This document shows positions 17,766 to 28,374 of a stretch of DNA of 64,000 nucleotides, one piece after another (the first letter of the stretch is position 1; each line of letters starts with the position of its first letter). The translations under genes and the position numbers were made by a program. Under the pieces are notes generated by a model that saw only the letters and a list, made by a program, of their open reading frames with translations, ran no database searches and had not been told where the DNA came from. Origin of the DNA: an uncultured bacterium (GTDB taxonomy: Bacteria; Actinomycetota; Acidimicrobiia; Spongiisociales; UBA5794); contig CAWDDT010000009.1 of assembly GCA_963801165.1 (NCBI GenBank), forward strand, positions 512,001 to 576,000. The letters are read 5' to 3'.

Positions 17766-20627
17766 TCAGGATCTCGAGAGCTGGAAACCCGAGTCGGATA
17801 CTCTGAAATCGACGAAACGGGCCATCGCGTTAGGTGGTTCCTCCACGAGGGTCTGCTTGATCCGCACGGCCGCCTCGGCCGATTTGGCCAGGATCAGCAG
17901 GTAGCCGCCGCCACCTGCCCCGAGGAGCTTGTACCCCAAGGCATAGTCATCGATCTTCCTTGTGATGGCGCGGATGGAAGGCGGGTTGGTACCCGGGTCG
18001 AGCCGCTGGTTGAGCTCCCAGGAGTGGCGGACCCGTTCCGACAGTCCCTGGTAATCGTTGCGGAGCAGGACCTCGAACGTGTCCCGGGCGTGTTGTTTCA
18101 TCTCCGAGAATATGGCGAGGTGCTTTGCGGAGTTCAGGAACATGGACTTGACTATCTCGCCGAGGATGTCCCTGGCCACCCGGGTCACCCCCGTGTAGTA
18201 CAGCAGCATCCTGGTCCGGTCCTCGGGCCGGTCGAAGAGCTGACCGGGCAGCCACTTGATCGCAGGCTCCTGGCGGATCCCCGCTTCGGTCTCCAGTAGC
18301 TTTACCCCTTCGAAGATCCCCCCGTACTGGTCCTGCCACCCTCCTCCTGTTGTCAGCATCTGCTCCAGGATCAGGGTCCGGTAGGCGACCTGGTGCCGGT
18401 CCCAGCTCAGACCGCAGAATTCCGAGAGCGTGCCCAATACCGTCGCGGCGAGGTTCGAGCTCGTCCCCAGCCCGGAACCTTTGGGAACGGCCGCCAACAG
18501 CGACATCTCGACACCGCCGCCAAATTCGTTCAACTGTTCTTCCAGGTCTCGGAAGTGCCCACGGCTGAAAGTAGGGCCGAAGCCTGCCAGCACCAGGGCG
18601 GCCATGGGGATGGAGAAGGTCCCGCCGAGTTGCCGATAGCGCTGTAGCTCTTCGAAGCTGTTGATCTCGAGCGTCTGTCCCTGGTCGATGGATCGAAGGA
18701 CGATCTTGGGCTTCGCCAGCGGCCGGGCATAGACCTGCAGAGGCAGTTGCCCGTTGAGCTCCACAGCCAGATTCACGACTGTCCCGCCTGCCATGATGCA
18801 GTAGGGCGGGGTGTCGGTCCATCCTCCGGCGAGGTCGAGGCGCACCGGGCTCCTCCCCCAGAGGATCTGGTCGTCGAGTAAGCAGCGAGCCGGTTCCAAG
18901 GGCTCTGCAGCCAGCGTTTTGATCATCTCTTCTCGCAGGAGGGAGAACGCGCGGTCTTCGTACCGGCGGGATTCCTTCTCCTCCGATGCACAGCGAGCCC
19001 GGAACATGTGGTCGTTGATCCTCGTCAGGAAATCCTCCTCAACGGCCGGTTCCGGGGGTAGGGGAAGGGAGGCTTCCCGGAAGTCCCGGGCCGCCTTCTC
19101 CAGGTCGAGGTGGTAGAACACACTACGTGACCGGTTGGCTGCGAGTCTGGTGAGGGAACCCAGGAGAAGCCGGTGCCTCTGTTCGAGGATACGGGGAATA
19201 TCCACCGCACCCGCCAGCTCACGGCTCGAGATGCGCGGGAGTTCCAACCAGCTTTGCCCGCGCCCTTCGGCTCGGGTCATGACACGCAGGAGCCCCGGGA
19301 TCTCATCCAGGGTGCAAAGGGGGAAAAGGGGCTGGTCGTACATGGAAGCGGCTCCCTCCAGGCCCGCCTCCCCGGCCTCCAGACCCCGGTCGGCCAGCCA
19401 GACCGAGACCGGCTGCCCCAACCAGGCATCGTCCTCCCGGCTTCCCTTGAACTGGTCATCGAATCCGTAGACCTGCAAGGCAAATCGGCCATCCTTCATG
19501 GGCGCGACGTTGATGCAGACGCCCGGGTCGAGCTCGATCGACCAGTCGTTCTCGGGTACGCCGGTGAGTACATGGTGATTGCTCAGCGTCCAGGTAGCCG
19601 GGATCACGCTGTTCTCGATCCAGATGTGATGGTGGTGCTTGCCGAAACTCTGGTCGACCGTGGCATTCTGCAGGAAGACCGAGGGATGGTGATTGGTACC
19701 GGTGCCCGAATGGAGACGCTGGTCAACAACCCGATTCTGGAGCCTGAGGCAGGAATCAAGCAGGTCGCGTGTGCTCCCGAAATGGTAGAACTCGCCATGG
19801 TCGATCGGGTGTAGCTTGACCGTCAGGTCGGCGAGCGTTCCATCGGTGGCAGAAGCCTCCGCGCCGAACGATGTGAGCATGTCTCCGTACAGATCGTAGA
19901 AGCCGGGAGGTTGGTCCCCGAAGCCATCCGCCGGGTCCCACCCACTGCGCTCCATCAATACGAGCGTAGCTTTCGGGCTCAGCAGCACGATCCCGGAATC
20001 CATGAGATAGAGGTATTCCCGGGCGTATCCCTGCAACTCCTCCATGGTGGGTTTTTGCCTGACAAATGCCAGGTCGGCCGGCTGTTTGCGGGGGCTGAAG
20101 AAGACCCCGTGCCGGGTAGCCACGTCCTCCTCGACCCACACGCCGAAAAGCAGGATGTCGGCTTCGGGCAAGTCTCCAAAAGCGTCCCTGGTGATAAAGA
20201 GCGTGTCACCGCTTCCGATCAACAGGCCATAGGACGCCGGCGCCTTCTTCAGGATGCGGCGGCAGAAGGCCTCCTGGAAGTCGAGCAGATCCTGGTCGAG
20301 GTACTGGCCCTTCGCCCAGCGGAACACCGGCACGGGCAGGAGGGACTTCCCAATCGGGGCATATGATGGCAGCCGCCTGCTCTCTCCCCCGGAATGGATC
20401 ACCAACCGTTGCTGCTCGGTCAACCAGTTGCTGAAGTCCTGATCGGTACCGCTCTCCCGGAAGGCTTCCCAGAGCAGGTGCGCCGTGCCGCCACCCGACC
20501 CCAGCCCCTTGCCCGGGGGATCGGAGGTGCAGAACCAGGAGGAGCGGTCCCTGTCCCCACCCGGTGCGGCGGTCTGGAAATGGGGCACCATGGCCGGGGG
20601 CAGACTGATGAGCCGCTGTACTGACAT
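17766..20627 (-). CDS. fkp: bifunctional L-fucokinase / fucose-1-phosphate guanylyltransferase
   Basis: WFCTSDP.G..LGSGGGT, HSGGESRRLPSYAP.GK, PVRLDLAGGWTDTPPY, PKGSGLGTSS, GGGWQDQYGG and KLLGAGGGG; 953 aa. Confidence 0.92.
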   Translation of the reverse strand: MSVQRLISLPPAMVPHFQTAAPGGDRDRSSWFCTSDPPGKGLGSGGGTAHLLWEAFRESGTDQDFSNWLTEQQRLVIHSGGESRRLPSYAPIGKSLLPVPVFRWAKGQYLDQDLLDFQEAFCRRILKKAPASYGLLIGSGDTLFITRDAFGDLPEADILLFGVWVEEDVATRHGVFFSPRKQPADLAFVRQKPTMEELQGYAREYLYLMDSGIVLLSPKATLVLMERSGWDPADGFGDQPPGFYDLYGDMLTSFGAEASATDGTLADLTVKLHPIDHGEFYHFGSTRDLLDSCLRLQNRVVDQRLHSGTGTNHHPSVFLQNATVDQSFGKHHHHIWIENSVIPATWTLSNHHVLTGVPENDWSIELDPGVCINVAPMKDGRFALQVYGFDDQFKGSREDDAWLGQPVSVWLADRGLEAGEAGLEGAASMYDQPLFPLCTLDEIPGLLRVMTRAEGRGQSWLELPRISSRELAGAVDIPRILEQRHRLLLGSLTRLAANRSRSVFYHLDLEKAARDFREASLPLPPEPAVEEDFLTRINDHMFRARCASEEKESRRYEDRAFSLLREEMIKTLAAEPLEPARCLLDDQILWGRSPVRLDLAGGWTDTPPYCIMAGGTVVNLAVELNGQLPLQVYARPLAKPKIVLRSIDQGQTLEINSFEELQRYRQLGGTFSIPMAALVLAGFGPTFSRGHFRDLEEQLNEFGGGVEMSLLAAVPKGSGLGTSSNLAATVLGTLSEFCGLSWDRHQVAYRTLILEQMLTTGGGWQDQYGGIFEGVKLLETEAGIRQEPAIKWLPGQLFDRPEDRTRMLLYYTGVTRVARDILGEIVKSMFLNSAKHLAIFSEMKQHARDTFEVLLRNDYQGLSERVRHSWELNQRLDPGTNPPSIRAITRKIDDYALGYKLLGAGGGGYLLILAKSAEAAVRIKQTLVEEPPNAMARFVDFRVSDSGFQLSRS

Positions 20628-20766
20628 AGCATGCGTTTTAGCCGGGCAGTCCCGCCCTGTCCAAAGCGTTTGGGCTAGACGCCTACGGCGTCGCGCGGGG
20701 CAAGTGCCTGCCCGCGTGCGCCGGGCCCGGTAGTTCCTGTCACCGCCTGCCCGTATCCTGCGCGAT

Positions 20767-23523
20767 GTGGATCCAATCACCGCTCTCGGGCGCTCCGTCG
20801 TCGTCAACCCCGGTGAACCTGCGCCTGAGCCGTGGGTCGGCTCGCCCAGGGTGGCCATCACCGATGAGCTGCTCGCGGACCGCAAGCTCACCGACGCTGT
20901 CATCGCCGAGCTCCACTCCGCCTGGCTGGAGCGTCGACCGGTCGTCATCGAGCTCGGCGTCGCCCCGGCAGTGCTGCGTGAGGGCGAGACGACAGCACTC
21001 GACCCATGGCGGCTGCGACTCGGGTTCCTGTTTCCGAAGGAGCGGCTCCAGTTCCTGGTGTGGGTCAACAGCTACGACTATCGCAGCGGCGAGTTGATTT
21101 GGTGGTGGGGGCGCAAAGCGATGGCGCTCGGGGCAAAGGCGGGCACGACGTGCGACGTGATCCTCCCCGACGGCACCGAGGCATGGGTGGACGGGGGACC
21201 GCGAGGTCCTGTGCCCGGCGCCCCGATCGTCGCCGTGGAGTCGGTGACGCTCGGTCGGCTGGAGGTTGCGCCGGATGTGACGGCATCGGCGCTGGCGGGG
21301 CTCGCCCCCGACCAGGCCGCCGCGGCGAGCCACCTCTCTGGACCGGCGCGAATCATCGCCCCGGCAGGGTCGGGGAAAACGAGAACGTTGATCGCCCGGC
21401 TGCGCCACCTGGTGGACGATCGAGGCGTCGAACCGGACATCATCTGTGCTCTCGCCTACAACAACCGGGCTGCCGCCGAGATGCGAGAGCGGCTCGGCTA
21501 TCGGCGCGGTCTCGAGGTGCGGACGATCCACTCGCTTGGCTGGGAGATACTCCGCCAGGCGCGGGGGACCCTGAGCCTGCTCGACGAACGCGAGCAGCGC
21601 CGGCGCCTCGACGGGCTGATCGAGGCGCCGCGGCGGCAGAACACCGATGTCATCGGTCCCTATCTCGAAGCGCTCGGTGAAGTGCGTATCGGGCTGCGCC
21701 CACCCGACGACGTCGAGCAGTTCCGCGACGATGTTCCCGACTTCGCCCGTGTTTACGAGAAGTACCGCCGCCTGCTGGCCGGCCGTGGTGAGGCCGATTT
21801 CGACGAGCAGGTCTACGGAGCCATCGAGGCGCTGCTGACCAACGCCGAGCTGCGCCACTACTGGCAAGATCGGTGCCGCCACATGGTCGTCGACGAGTTC
21901 CAGGACTTGACCCCCGCCTACGTTCTCCTCATCCGGCTGCTGGCCAGTCCTCGATTGGATGTGTTCGGCGTTGGCGACGACGACCAGGTCATCTACGGCT
22001 ATCTCGGGGCAGATCCCGGCTATCTCATCGACTATGCCGAGTTGTTCCCGGGCGCCGAGTCACATCCGCTAGAGGTCAACTACCGGTGCCCGCCTTCTGT
22101 GGTGCAGGCGGCGGCGACGTTGCTCAGGTATAACGATCGCAGAGTCGACAAGGTCATCCGCTCCGGCAAGAACGACGAGCAGGCAGATGCGTTGACGATC
22201 GAGCGGGTGCCGGGGCTCGAGGCGGGTCTCCGCTGTGCCGTTCAGGTGGGCAAGTGGCTCGAGAACACAGCGCCCACCGACATCGCCGTGCTCTGCCGGG
22301 TCAACTCGGCGTTGTTGCCGGTCCACGTGGCCTTCGCCGAGGCGGGGATTCCGTTCCGGTCACCGCTCGGCCGGGAGGTGCTCGAGCGGACCGTGCTCGC
22401 TGCCGCCCTCGCCTGGATACGGATCGGCCTCCGGCCCGACGACATCAGCACGTCCGACCTGATGAAGGTGGTGCGCCGGCCGTCCCGGGGCCTGACCAGG
22501 AGCACTGCCCAGCTCGTGGAGCGCCGCCGCCGGGTTTCGCTTGCAGACCTGGCGGGGCTCGGCAACCGGCTCGACGGCAAGCAGGGGACTCGGTGGGACG
22601 AGTTCCTCGACGACCTGGAGCGGGTCGCCGATGTGGCCGCGGGTGGTGATTCGCTCGCCGTGCTCGACTTCATCAACACCGAGATCGGTCTCAGCGGTGC
22701 CGCCCAGGCGCTCGATGCCGGGCGGCGCCGGGCGGACCGTTCGGCACAATCGGATGATCTGGTTGCCCTTCGTCGTGCCGCGGTGTTGCATCGTGAGCTC
22801 TCTGATTTCGAGTCGTGGCTGGGCGAGATGCTGAGCCGTCCGGATGACCGCGACGGGGTCGAGCTGAGCACGGTACACAAGGTCAAGGGCATGGAATGGG
22901 ACCGGGTGGTCGTGTTTGGAGCCGACCGTGGTCTGTTACCCCACGACCTCGCCGAGGACCCCGAGGAGGAGCGGCGCGTGTTCCATGTGGCGATAACGCG
23001 GGCCAGGAAGCAGGTAGTGGTGCTAGCCGACAGGTCCGCCCCCTCACCGTTCCTCGATGAGATGGCAGGGGCGGCTCGCAAGCCGGCGGCCCGGTCGACG
23101 ACACCGGCCGGCGTAGGTGCCGTGAGTGCCGCCGTCGGAGACCGGGTGCGCATCCCCGGCGGTTACGCCGGGGTGATCGCCGAGTTCGAGGAGAAAGGGG
23201 CGCTCGTGGCCACGGATTCCGGAGCCATGGTCCTCGTCGAATGGGGCGAGACCATTGCCACACCGGGCGGATCGGGCCCGCTGGTCCGCCCGGTCGACGC
23301 CGGCCCGGTCGACGAGGAGCTGGTGGCAGTCCTCAAGCAATGGCGGCGCGATACCGCGGCGGTCGCCTCGGTGCCGGCTTACGTCGTGATGAGCGACAAG
23401 ACACTGATGGCGATAGCCGCCAAGCGTCCCCAGAACGAGCGGGAGCTGATCATGATCCCGGGCATCGGGCCGGCGAAGCTCGAGGCATATGGGGACGAGA
23501 TACTGGCGCTCTGCGCCGGATAG
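20767..23523 (+). CDS. UvrD/REP family ATP-dependent DNA helicase with C-terminal HRDC (UvrD2-like) and an extra N-terminal region
   Basis: APAGSGKT, VDEFQD, VGDDDQ.IY, STVHKVKGMEW, EERRVFHVAITRAR and VPAYVV.SDKTL...GIGPAK. Confidence 0.92.
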   Translation: MDPITALGRSVVVNPGEPAPEPWVGSPRVAITDELLADRKLTDAVIAELHSAWLERRPVVIELGVAPAVLREGETTALDPWRLRLGFLFPKERLQFLVWVNSYDYRSGELIWWWGRKAMALGAKAGTTCDVILPDGTEAWVDGGPRGPVPGAPIVAVESVTLGRLEVAPDVTASALAGLAPDQAAAASHLSGPARIIAPAGSGKTRTLIARLRHLVDDRGVEPDIICALAYNNRAAAEMRERLGYRRGLEVRTIHSLGWEILRQARGTLSLLDEREQRRRLDGLIEAPRRQNTDVIGPYLEALGEVRIGLRPPDDVEQFRDDVPDFARVYEKYRRLLAGRGEADFDEQVYGAIEALLTNAELRHYWQDRCRHMVVDEFQDLTPAYVLLIRLLASPRLDVFGVGDDDQVIYGYLGADPGYLIDYAELFPGAESHPLEVNYRCPPSVVQAAATLLRYNDRRVDKVIRSGKNDEQADALTIERVPGLEAGLRCAVQVGKWLENTAPTDIAVLCRVNSALLPVHVAFAEAGIPFRSPLGREVLERTVLAAALAWIRIGLRPDDISTSDLMKVVRRPSRGLTRSTAQLVERRRRVSLADLAGLGNRLDGKQGTRWDEFLDDLERVADVAAGGDSLAVLDFINTEIGLSGAAQALDAGRRRADRSAQSDDLVALRRAAVLHRELSDFESWLGEMLSRPDDRDGVELSTVHKVKGMEWDRVVVFGADRGLLPHDLAEDPEEERRVFHVAITRARKQVVVLADRSAPSPFLDEMAGAARKPAARSTTPAGVGAVSAAVGDRVRIPGGYAGVIAEFEEKGALVATDSGAMVLVEWGETIATPGGSGPLVRPVDAGPVDEELVAVLKQWRRDTAAVASVPAYVVMSDKTLMAIAAKRPQNERELIMIPGIGPAKLEAYGDEILALCAG

Positions 23524-23555
23524 CCTGCGCTGGAAACCACCGCGATGATGCCGAC

Positions 23556-24548
23556 TCAGCTCTGCTGAGGCGGCCCCCCTGCCCCCGCCTGCGGCGGCGG
23601 TACTTTCCCCCCACCTTCGGTTGGGGGACTGACGGCCGGGTCGCCACCCCGGGTGGGGGACCGAAGCTCGATCGGGCCCTGGAAGTAGGTACGCACCGTC
23701 GGGTAGGCGAGTTCGACATCGGGCTCGTTATCGAGGGCGTCGAGGATGGTTTCCCAGATCGACTGCTCCGTGTTGCGTTGCCTTCTCGCGTCCACGAGGA
23801 AACGCGCCGTGAACAAGACTCCGCTGTCCTGGACGGACAGATACACGATCGGAGTCAGCGCACCGATACGGATGTGATAGGTACGTGCGGTCTCCCGGAT
23901 CAATGCCCCCGCCTCTCGCTCGACGTTTGGGGCGTGGTCCCGAACCGCACTCTCGACGATCTCGCGAGCACGGGTGCGGTCGGACTCGAAGGTGACGAGC
24001 ATGGGGATCTCCTGCCAAATGAAGTCGAATCCCTCCGTGTAGTTGGCCACCTGATGGGTGAACACGAGGCCGTTGGGGATGTGGACGAGCCGGCCGGTCG
24101 ACTGCTCGGCGTCGACCCAGTTACCGACCTCCATCAGCGAGAACCGGAAGAGGCGGACGTCGACGACGTCCCCCTTGGTGCCGGCAACCTCTATCCGGTC
24201 ACCCACCCGAAACGGTCTCCTGCTCCAGATGTAGATCCATCCGGCGAGGTTCTTCAGCACGTCGGCCAGGGCGATGGCGATACCGGCGGAGACAAGACCA
24301 AGGAAGGTCGGCAGGTCGTTGAAGGCATCGATCCAGATCCAAGCGATCCCGATAGCGCCGATGACCGTCGTCGTGTAATTGGCAACCTTGCGGGCCCGAT
24401 AGCCCACCCAGGCTTCTTCGAATCGCTTGTGGATGGTGCTCAGCACCAACCAACGACCGAGCGACAGCACCAGGATCGTAACGACGGACGCGATCAGCTT
24501 GTTCTGTATCTGGTGGTCGAGACCGAGGATCACAGCGAGTGGGAGCAT
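23556..24548 (-). CDS. MscS family mechanosensitive channel
   Basis: GLVSAGIAIAL, PFRVGDRIE and IPNGLVF. Confidence 0.9.
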   Translation of the reverse strand: MLPLAVILGLDHQIQNKLIASVVTILVLSLGRWLVLSTIHKRFEEAWVGYRARKVANYTTTVIGAIGIAWIWIDAFNDLPTFLGLVSAGIAIALADVLKNLAGWIYIWSRRPFRVGDRIEVAGTKGDVVDVRLFRFSLMEVGNWVDAEQSTGRLVHIPNGLVFTHQVANYTEGFDFIWQEIPMLVTFESDRTRAREIVESAVRDHAPNVEREAGALIRETARTYHIRIGALTPIVYLSVQDSGVLFTARFLVDARRQRNTEQSIWETILDALDNEPDVELAYPTVRTYFQGPIELRSPTRGGDPAVSPPTEGGGKVPPPQAGAGGPPQQS

Positions 24549-25112
24549 TTAGCGAATGTTACCGAGAGTGAACACTGCCCACATCTTCAGATATCGCTCG
24601 AGCGATTCGGTGGCGAGCGCTACATCGCCGCCTGCGGCGATCTCCAGCAGCAGTCCGCGGACGACGGCGACGCCCAATCTGAGCTCGGCCTCATTCGGCT
24701 CTATCCCGAGCCGTGCCGAGACATCCGAGGCGACTCTGATCCACGGTTCGGTGAGATTGGCCACGAACTCCTCGGTGCCCGGCTGACCCCGGGAGGCATA
24801 TGCCAGCACTTCGAAGAACAAACGGATGAACGGAAGCAGAGCGGGATCGGTCAATTGAGCCCATTGCATGCGCACCAGAGCCGTCGGTGAGTCGGCGACC
24901 TCTGCCAGGTCCTCGAGGGCGACCCGCTGCTGGGTCTCGATCGTGGTGACAATGGCGGCGATCAGACCCTCCCGGGACCCGAAGTGATAGATGAGCATCC
25001 GGTGGCTGGTCCCGATGCCCGAGGCCAGGGTGCGCAGGCTCGCGTCGATCATGCCATTGGCGGCGACATATGCGATGACCCGGTCGAGCAGGTCCTGGCG
25101 GGCGGAGGACAT
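24549..25112 (-). CDS. TetR/AcrR family regulator
   Basis: SLRTLASGIGTSHRMLIYHFGSRE helix-turn-helix. Confidence 0.92.
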   Translation of the reverse strand: MSSARQDLLDRVIAYVAANGMIDASLRTLASGIGTSHRMLIYHFGSREGLIAAIVTTIETQQRVALEDLAEVADSPTALVRMQWAQLTDPALLPFIRLFFEVLAYASRGQPGTEEFVANLTEPWIRVASDVSARLGIEPNEAELRLGVAVVRGLLLEIAAGGDVALATESLERYLKMWAVFTLGNIR

Positions 25113-25130
25113 GCACCAAGGATAGAGAAC

Positions 25131-25146
25131 TGTACCGCTTGGTACA
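25131..25146. promoter_or_regulatory. putative TetR operator
   Basis: Palindrome TGTACC-GCTT-GGTACA between the divergent tetR and SRPBCC genes. Confidence 0.6.
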
Positions 25147-25167
25147 AATGCCTGGTAGGGTCATGGC

Positions 25168-25602
25168 ATGGATATCACAGACACACTCGACATAGCCGCA
25201 GCTCCTGACGACGTGTGGGCCCTAACAATGGACGTCGAGCGCTGGCCGGCGATGACGCCAACGATGACCTCGGTAGAGAAGCTCGACGACGGGCCCGTCG
25301 GTCTGGGGAGCCGTGCGCGCATAAAGCAGCCGGGAATGCGGCCGGCGGTATGGACCGTCACCGACTTCGAACCGGCAAGGCTGTTCGCCTGGGAGACCAA
25401 ACTCGGAACGGTGAGGCTCCGAGGGGAGCATCATCTCGAAGCGACGGATGGCGGGTGCCGGAACACGCTCTCGGTCGAGCTGTCGGGTCTCGGCAGCGGC
25501 ATCCTCCGCATGGTCGCCGGGAGGCGACTCCGGGACGCCATTGCCACCGAGAACAGGGGCTTCAAGCAGACGGCGGAGACCGCCGCAAGGTCAGATTCCT
25601 AG
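25168..25602 (+). CDS. SRPBCC family protein
   Basis: DIAAAPDDVW...DVERWP...WTVT.FEP.R.F.W. Confidence 0.85.
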   Translation: MDITDTLDIAAAPDDVWALTMDVERWPAMTPTMTSVEKLDDGPVGLGSRARIKQPGMRPAVWTVTDFEPARLFAWETKLGTVRLRGEHHLEATDGGCRNTLSVELSGLGSGILRMVAGRRLRDAIATENRGFKQTAETAARSDS

Positions 25603-26579
25603 GCACCCACCACCTTGGCGGCGGTCTCACCTAGCAGCGCGACCCGCTCGGGAATGTGGCCGTTCGCCGGCAGGTTGATGGTGAACCCATCGATGCCGAG
25701 TGCCAACTCCTTGCTGAGCCTCTCGCCGACGGTGTCGGGGTCGCCAAAGATGAATCGTCCCTGGAGCTGCGATTTCGCCTCGTCGTCCAGGGTCGACAAG
25801 TCGAAGCCCCGGCCTGCCAGATAGGCGCCGAGGTCGGCCTCGGCCTCCTCCATCGTGGGTGCGATGCAGGCGTTGCGTTGCCATGACACGGTGATTTCAG
25901 ACCGATCCCGGCCGAGTGTCTCGCAGTGCTCGTCGAGCGCTTCCAGCTTGCGGGGAACGTCCTGAGGGGCGCAGATGAGATTAGAGTCGTCGGCGTACTG
26001 CGCCACCATGCGCAGAGTCTTCTTCTCACCGGCGCCGCCGATCATCACCGGGATGCGCCCCACCGGGGGTGGCTGGTTGATGACATCCTTGACCTGGTAG
26101 TGCTTGCCGTCGAGGGTCGGGCGCTCGCCGCGCAACATGGGGAGCACGATATTGAGCGATTCCTCGAGCTTCTCGAACCGATCGGTGAACGTCCCGAAGG
26201 GGATCCCAAACGAGTCATGCTCGAGCTCGTACCAACCGGCGCCGATCCCGAGCTGTGCTCGTCCACCGGAGACGATGTCGAGTGCCGTCACCGTCTTGGC
26301 GAGAACGGCCGGATAGCGGTAGGTGTTGCCCGTCACCAGCGACCCGAGACGCACATTCGTGGTCTCCCGCGCCAGGCCCGCCAGCAGCGTGTAGCACTCG
26401 ATCATGTAGTCATCCGGGTTGCCCAGCATGGGAAGCTGATAGAAGTGATCCATCAACAGCACCGTGTCGAACCCGGAGGTGTCGGCTTCCTTCGCCTGGC
26501 GGGCGATGGCCTCGAACAGCCCGGAGGGACCTACATCGGGGTAGGTGAAGTTGGGAATCTGGTATCCGAGCTTGGTCAT
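25599..26579 (-). CDS. LLM class F420-dependent oxidoreductase
   Basis: MDHFYQLP, LVTGNTYRYPAVLAK, GIGAGWYE.EH and GGAGEKKTLR. Confidence 0.92.
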   Translation of the reverse strand: MTKLGYQIPNFTYPDVGPSGLFEAIARQAKEADTSGFDTVLLMDHFYQLPMLGNPDDYMIECYTLLAGLARETTNVRLGSLVTGNTYRYPAVLAKTVTALDIVSGGRAQLGIGAGWYELEHDSFGIPFGTFTDRFEKLEESLNIVLPMLRGERPTLDGKHYQVKDVINQPPPVGRIPVMIGGAGEKKTLRMVAQYADDSNLICAPQDVPRKLEALDEHCETLGRDRSEITVSWQRNACIAPTMEEAEADLGAYLAGRGFDLSTLDDEAKSQLQGRFIFGDPDTVGERLSKELALGIDGFTINLPANGHIPERVALLGETAAKVVGA

Positions 26580-26710
26580 GCCTGGCTCCTTCCGTGCGGC
26601 ATTCGACACGCTGACCCTACTCAACCATGGGGGCGAGAAAGCCGTGCCGTTCGGCGTCGACTGTGCAAGACCAACCCAATCCTGAGTCCCGGGGCGAGGG
26701 AGAGAGGGTT

Positions 26711-27829
26711 CTATTCGCCCACGCTGATCTTCAGGTCTCGCGCCGTTTGCAGCCACGGGTGATCGAGTGGAACCGTCTTTCTGCGTCCTGCGACGTCCTC
26801 GAGGGGGACGGTTACGCACTCGCCGTTCTGCATCGCGACCATCACCCCGGACTTGCCGGCAGCGATGAAGTCGGCACAGGCGGCGCCGAGACGGGTTGCC
26901 AGCAGCCGGTCGCTCGGCGACGGCGTGCCGCCCCTTTGCACATGACCCAGGATCGTGACCCGGGACTCGAGACCGGTGAGCGTCTCGAGGTTCCTGGCGA
27001 GCGTTGCCGTGTGGCTCTGGCTGTCCCTGGCGATGAGCGCGAGCGTCTCTTCCGCCTTGGTGGCCACTTCCTCGTTGTCGGAGCCCTTCTCCTCGAGAGC
27101 CTTGTCCCGCACCGCGGCGACCTCGCGGGAGGTGGCGCCCTCCGAGATGACGACGATGCTGAACGTGCTTCCCTTGGCACGGCGGTCGAGGACGGCCTCG
27201 GCGATCCCCTCGATTCGGTATGGGATCTCGGGGATGAGGATCACGTCGCCACCACCGGCGAGACCGGCGCCGAGTGCGATCCACCCGGTGTTGTGACCCA
27301 TCACCTCGACAAGCACGATGCGGTGATGCGAGTGTGCCGTCGAGTGAAGCCGGTCGATCGCTTCCGTGGCAATGCCCATCGCCGTGTCGAAGCCCAGCGT
27401 CGTGTCGGTGTGGACCAGATCGTTGTCGATGGTCTTGGGCAGCGTCAGAACCGGGACCCCCTTTTCTGCGAGCCGCATCGCGTTCTTGGCGGTTCCGCCT
27501 CCACCGAGACATACCAGAGCATCGAGTTGGTGGCCCTCGATGTTCTCGATCATCAAGTCGGTCATGTCGAGGACCTTGCCGCCGACGTCCATTTTGTGCG
27601 GCTTGTCGCGGCTGGTACCGAGGAAGGTACCGCCCTTGGTGAGGATGCCCGAGAGCGCGCTGCTGTCGAGACGGATAAACCGGTTCTGCATCAAGCCACG
27701 GAACCCGTCCCGGAAGCCGATCACGGCCATGTCGTGGGTTCGGATCGCTGCCTTGCCCAACCCACGCATCGCAGCATTCAGTCCCGGGGAATCGCCGCCC
27801 GCGGTCAGGATTCCGATCTGCTTGGTCAT
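26711..27829 (-). CDS. pfkA: 6-phosphofructokinase
   Basis: [30 protein letters not shown] and LGHVQRGG. Confidence 0.95.
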   Translation of the reverse strand: MTKQIGILTAGGDSPGLNAAMRGLGKAAIRTHDMAVIGFRDGFRGLMQNRFIRLDSSALSGILTKGGTFLGTSRDKPHKMDVGGKVLDMTDLMIENIEGHQLDALVCLGGGGTAKNAMRLAEKGVPVLTLPKTIDNDLVHTDTTLGFDTAMGIATEAIDRLHSTAHSHHRIVLVEVMGHNTGWIALGAGLAGGGDVILIPEIPYRIEGIAEAVLDRRAKGSTFSIVVISEGATSREVAAVRDKALEEKGSDNEEVATKAEETLALIARDSQSHTATLARNLETLTGLESRVTILGHVQRGGTPSPSDRLLATRLGAACADFIAAGKSGVMVAMQNGECVTVPLEDVAGRRKTVPLDHPWLQTARDLKISVGE

Positions 27830-27909
27830 GCTCCCTCTCCGAATTGCCTCTGTGCCCGATCATACGCGCATAGCGAGCACGAGGTCGGGAGCCCTGGCAA
27901 CGAACTACC

Positions 27910-28374
27910 GTGATGCGGATGGAAGACAACGCACAGAGACGTCTCGAGGTGATCGCCGACTCGCTCGGGATCGGGGTGCTGAGCCGGCACATCCTGTTGT
28001 GCGCCGAGCAGACGACACCGCGCTGCTCCACCTATGAGGACAGCTCCCGCGTGTGGGCATACCTGAAGCGCCGGCTCAAGGAGCTTGATCTGGCATCGGC
28101 GCCGCCGGGATGGCGCGGCAACGACCTGGATGATCCGCCGGGCCCGGTGCCCGGTCCTGGTGGGTCGGTGCTGCGCACCAAGGTCGACTGCTTCCGTGTG
28201 TGCGAGCGGGGCCCGATCGCTGTCGTCTACCCCGACGGCGTCTGGTACCACTCGGTCGACGAGCAGGTGATGGAGAGGATCATCACCGAGCATCTGCTGG
28301 GGGGCCGGCCCGTCGCCGAGTACGTATTTGCCTTCGACAGGCTCGGCCTCAACCCCGGCGTGGAGGGCGGGTGA
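27910..28374 (+). CDS. thioredoxin-like (2Fe-2S) ferredoxin
   Basis: HILLC......C and [15 protein letters not shown]. Confidence 0.88.
   Translation: MMRMEDNAQRRLEVIADSLGIGVLSRHILLCAEQTTPRCSTYEDSSRVWAYLKRRLKELDLASAPPGWRGNDLDDPPGPVPGPGGSVLRTKVDCFRVCERGPIAVVYPDGVWYHSVDEQVMERIITEHLLGGRPVAEYVFAFDRLGLNPGVEGG

Noticed and set aside
26580-28031. 810-aa ORF as one fused protein
   Set aside because: The N-terminal 484 aa are an alternative frame overlapping pfkA; the real LLM gene starts at 26579 after an AAGGAG RBS.
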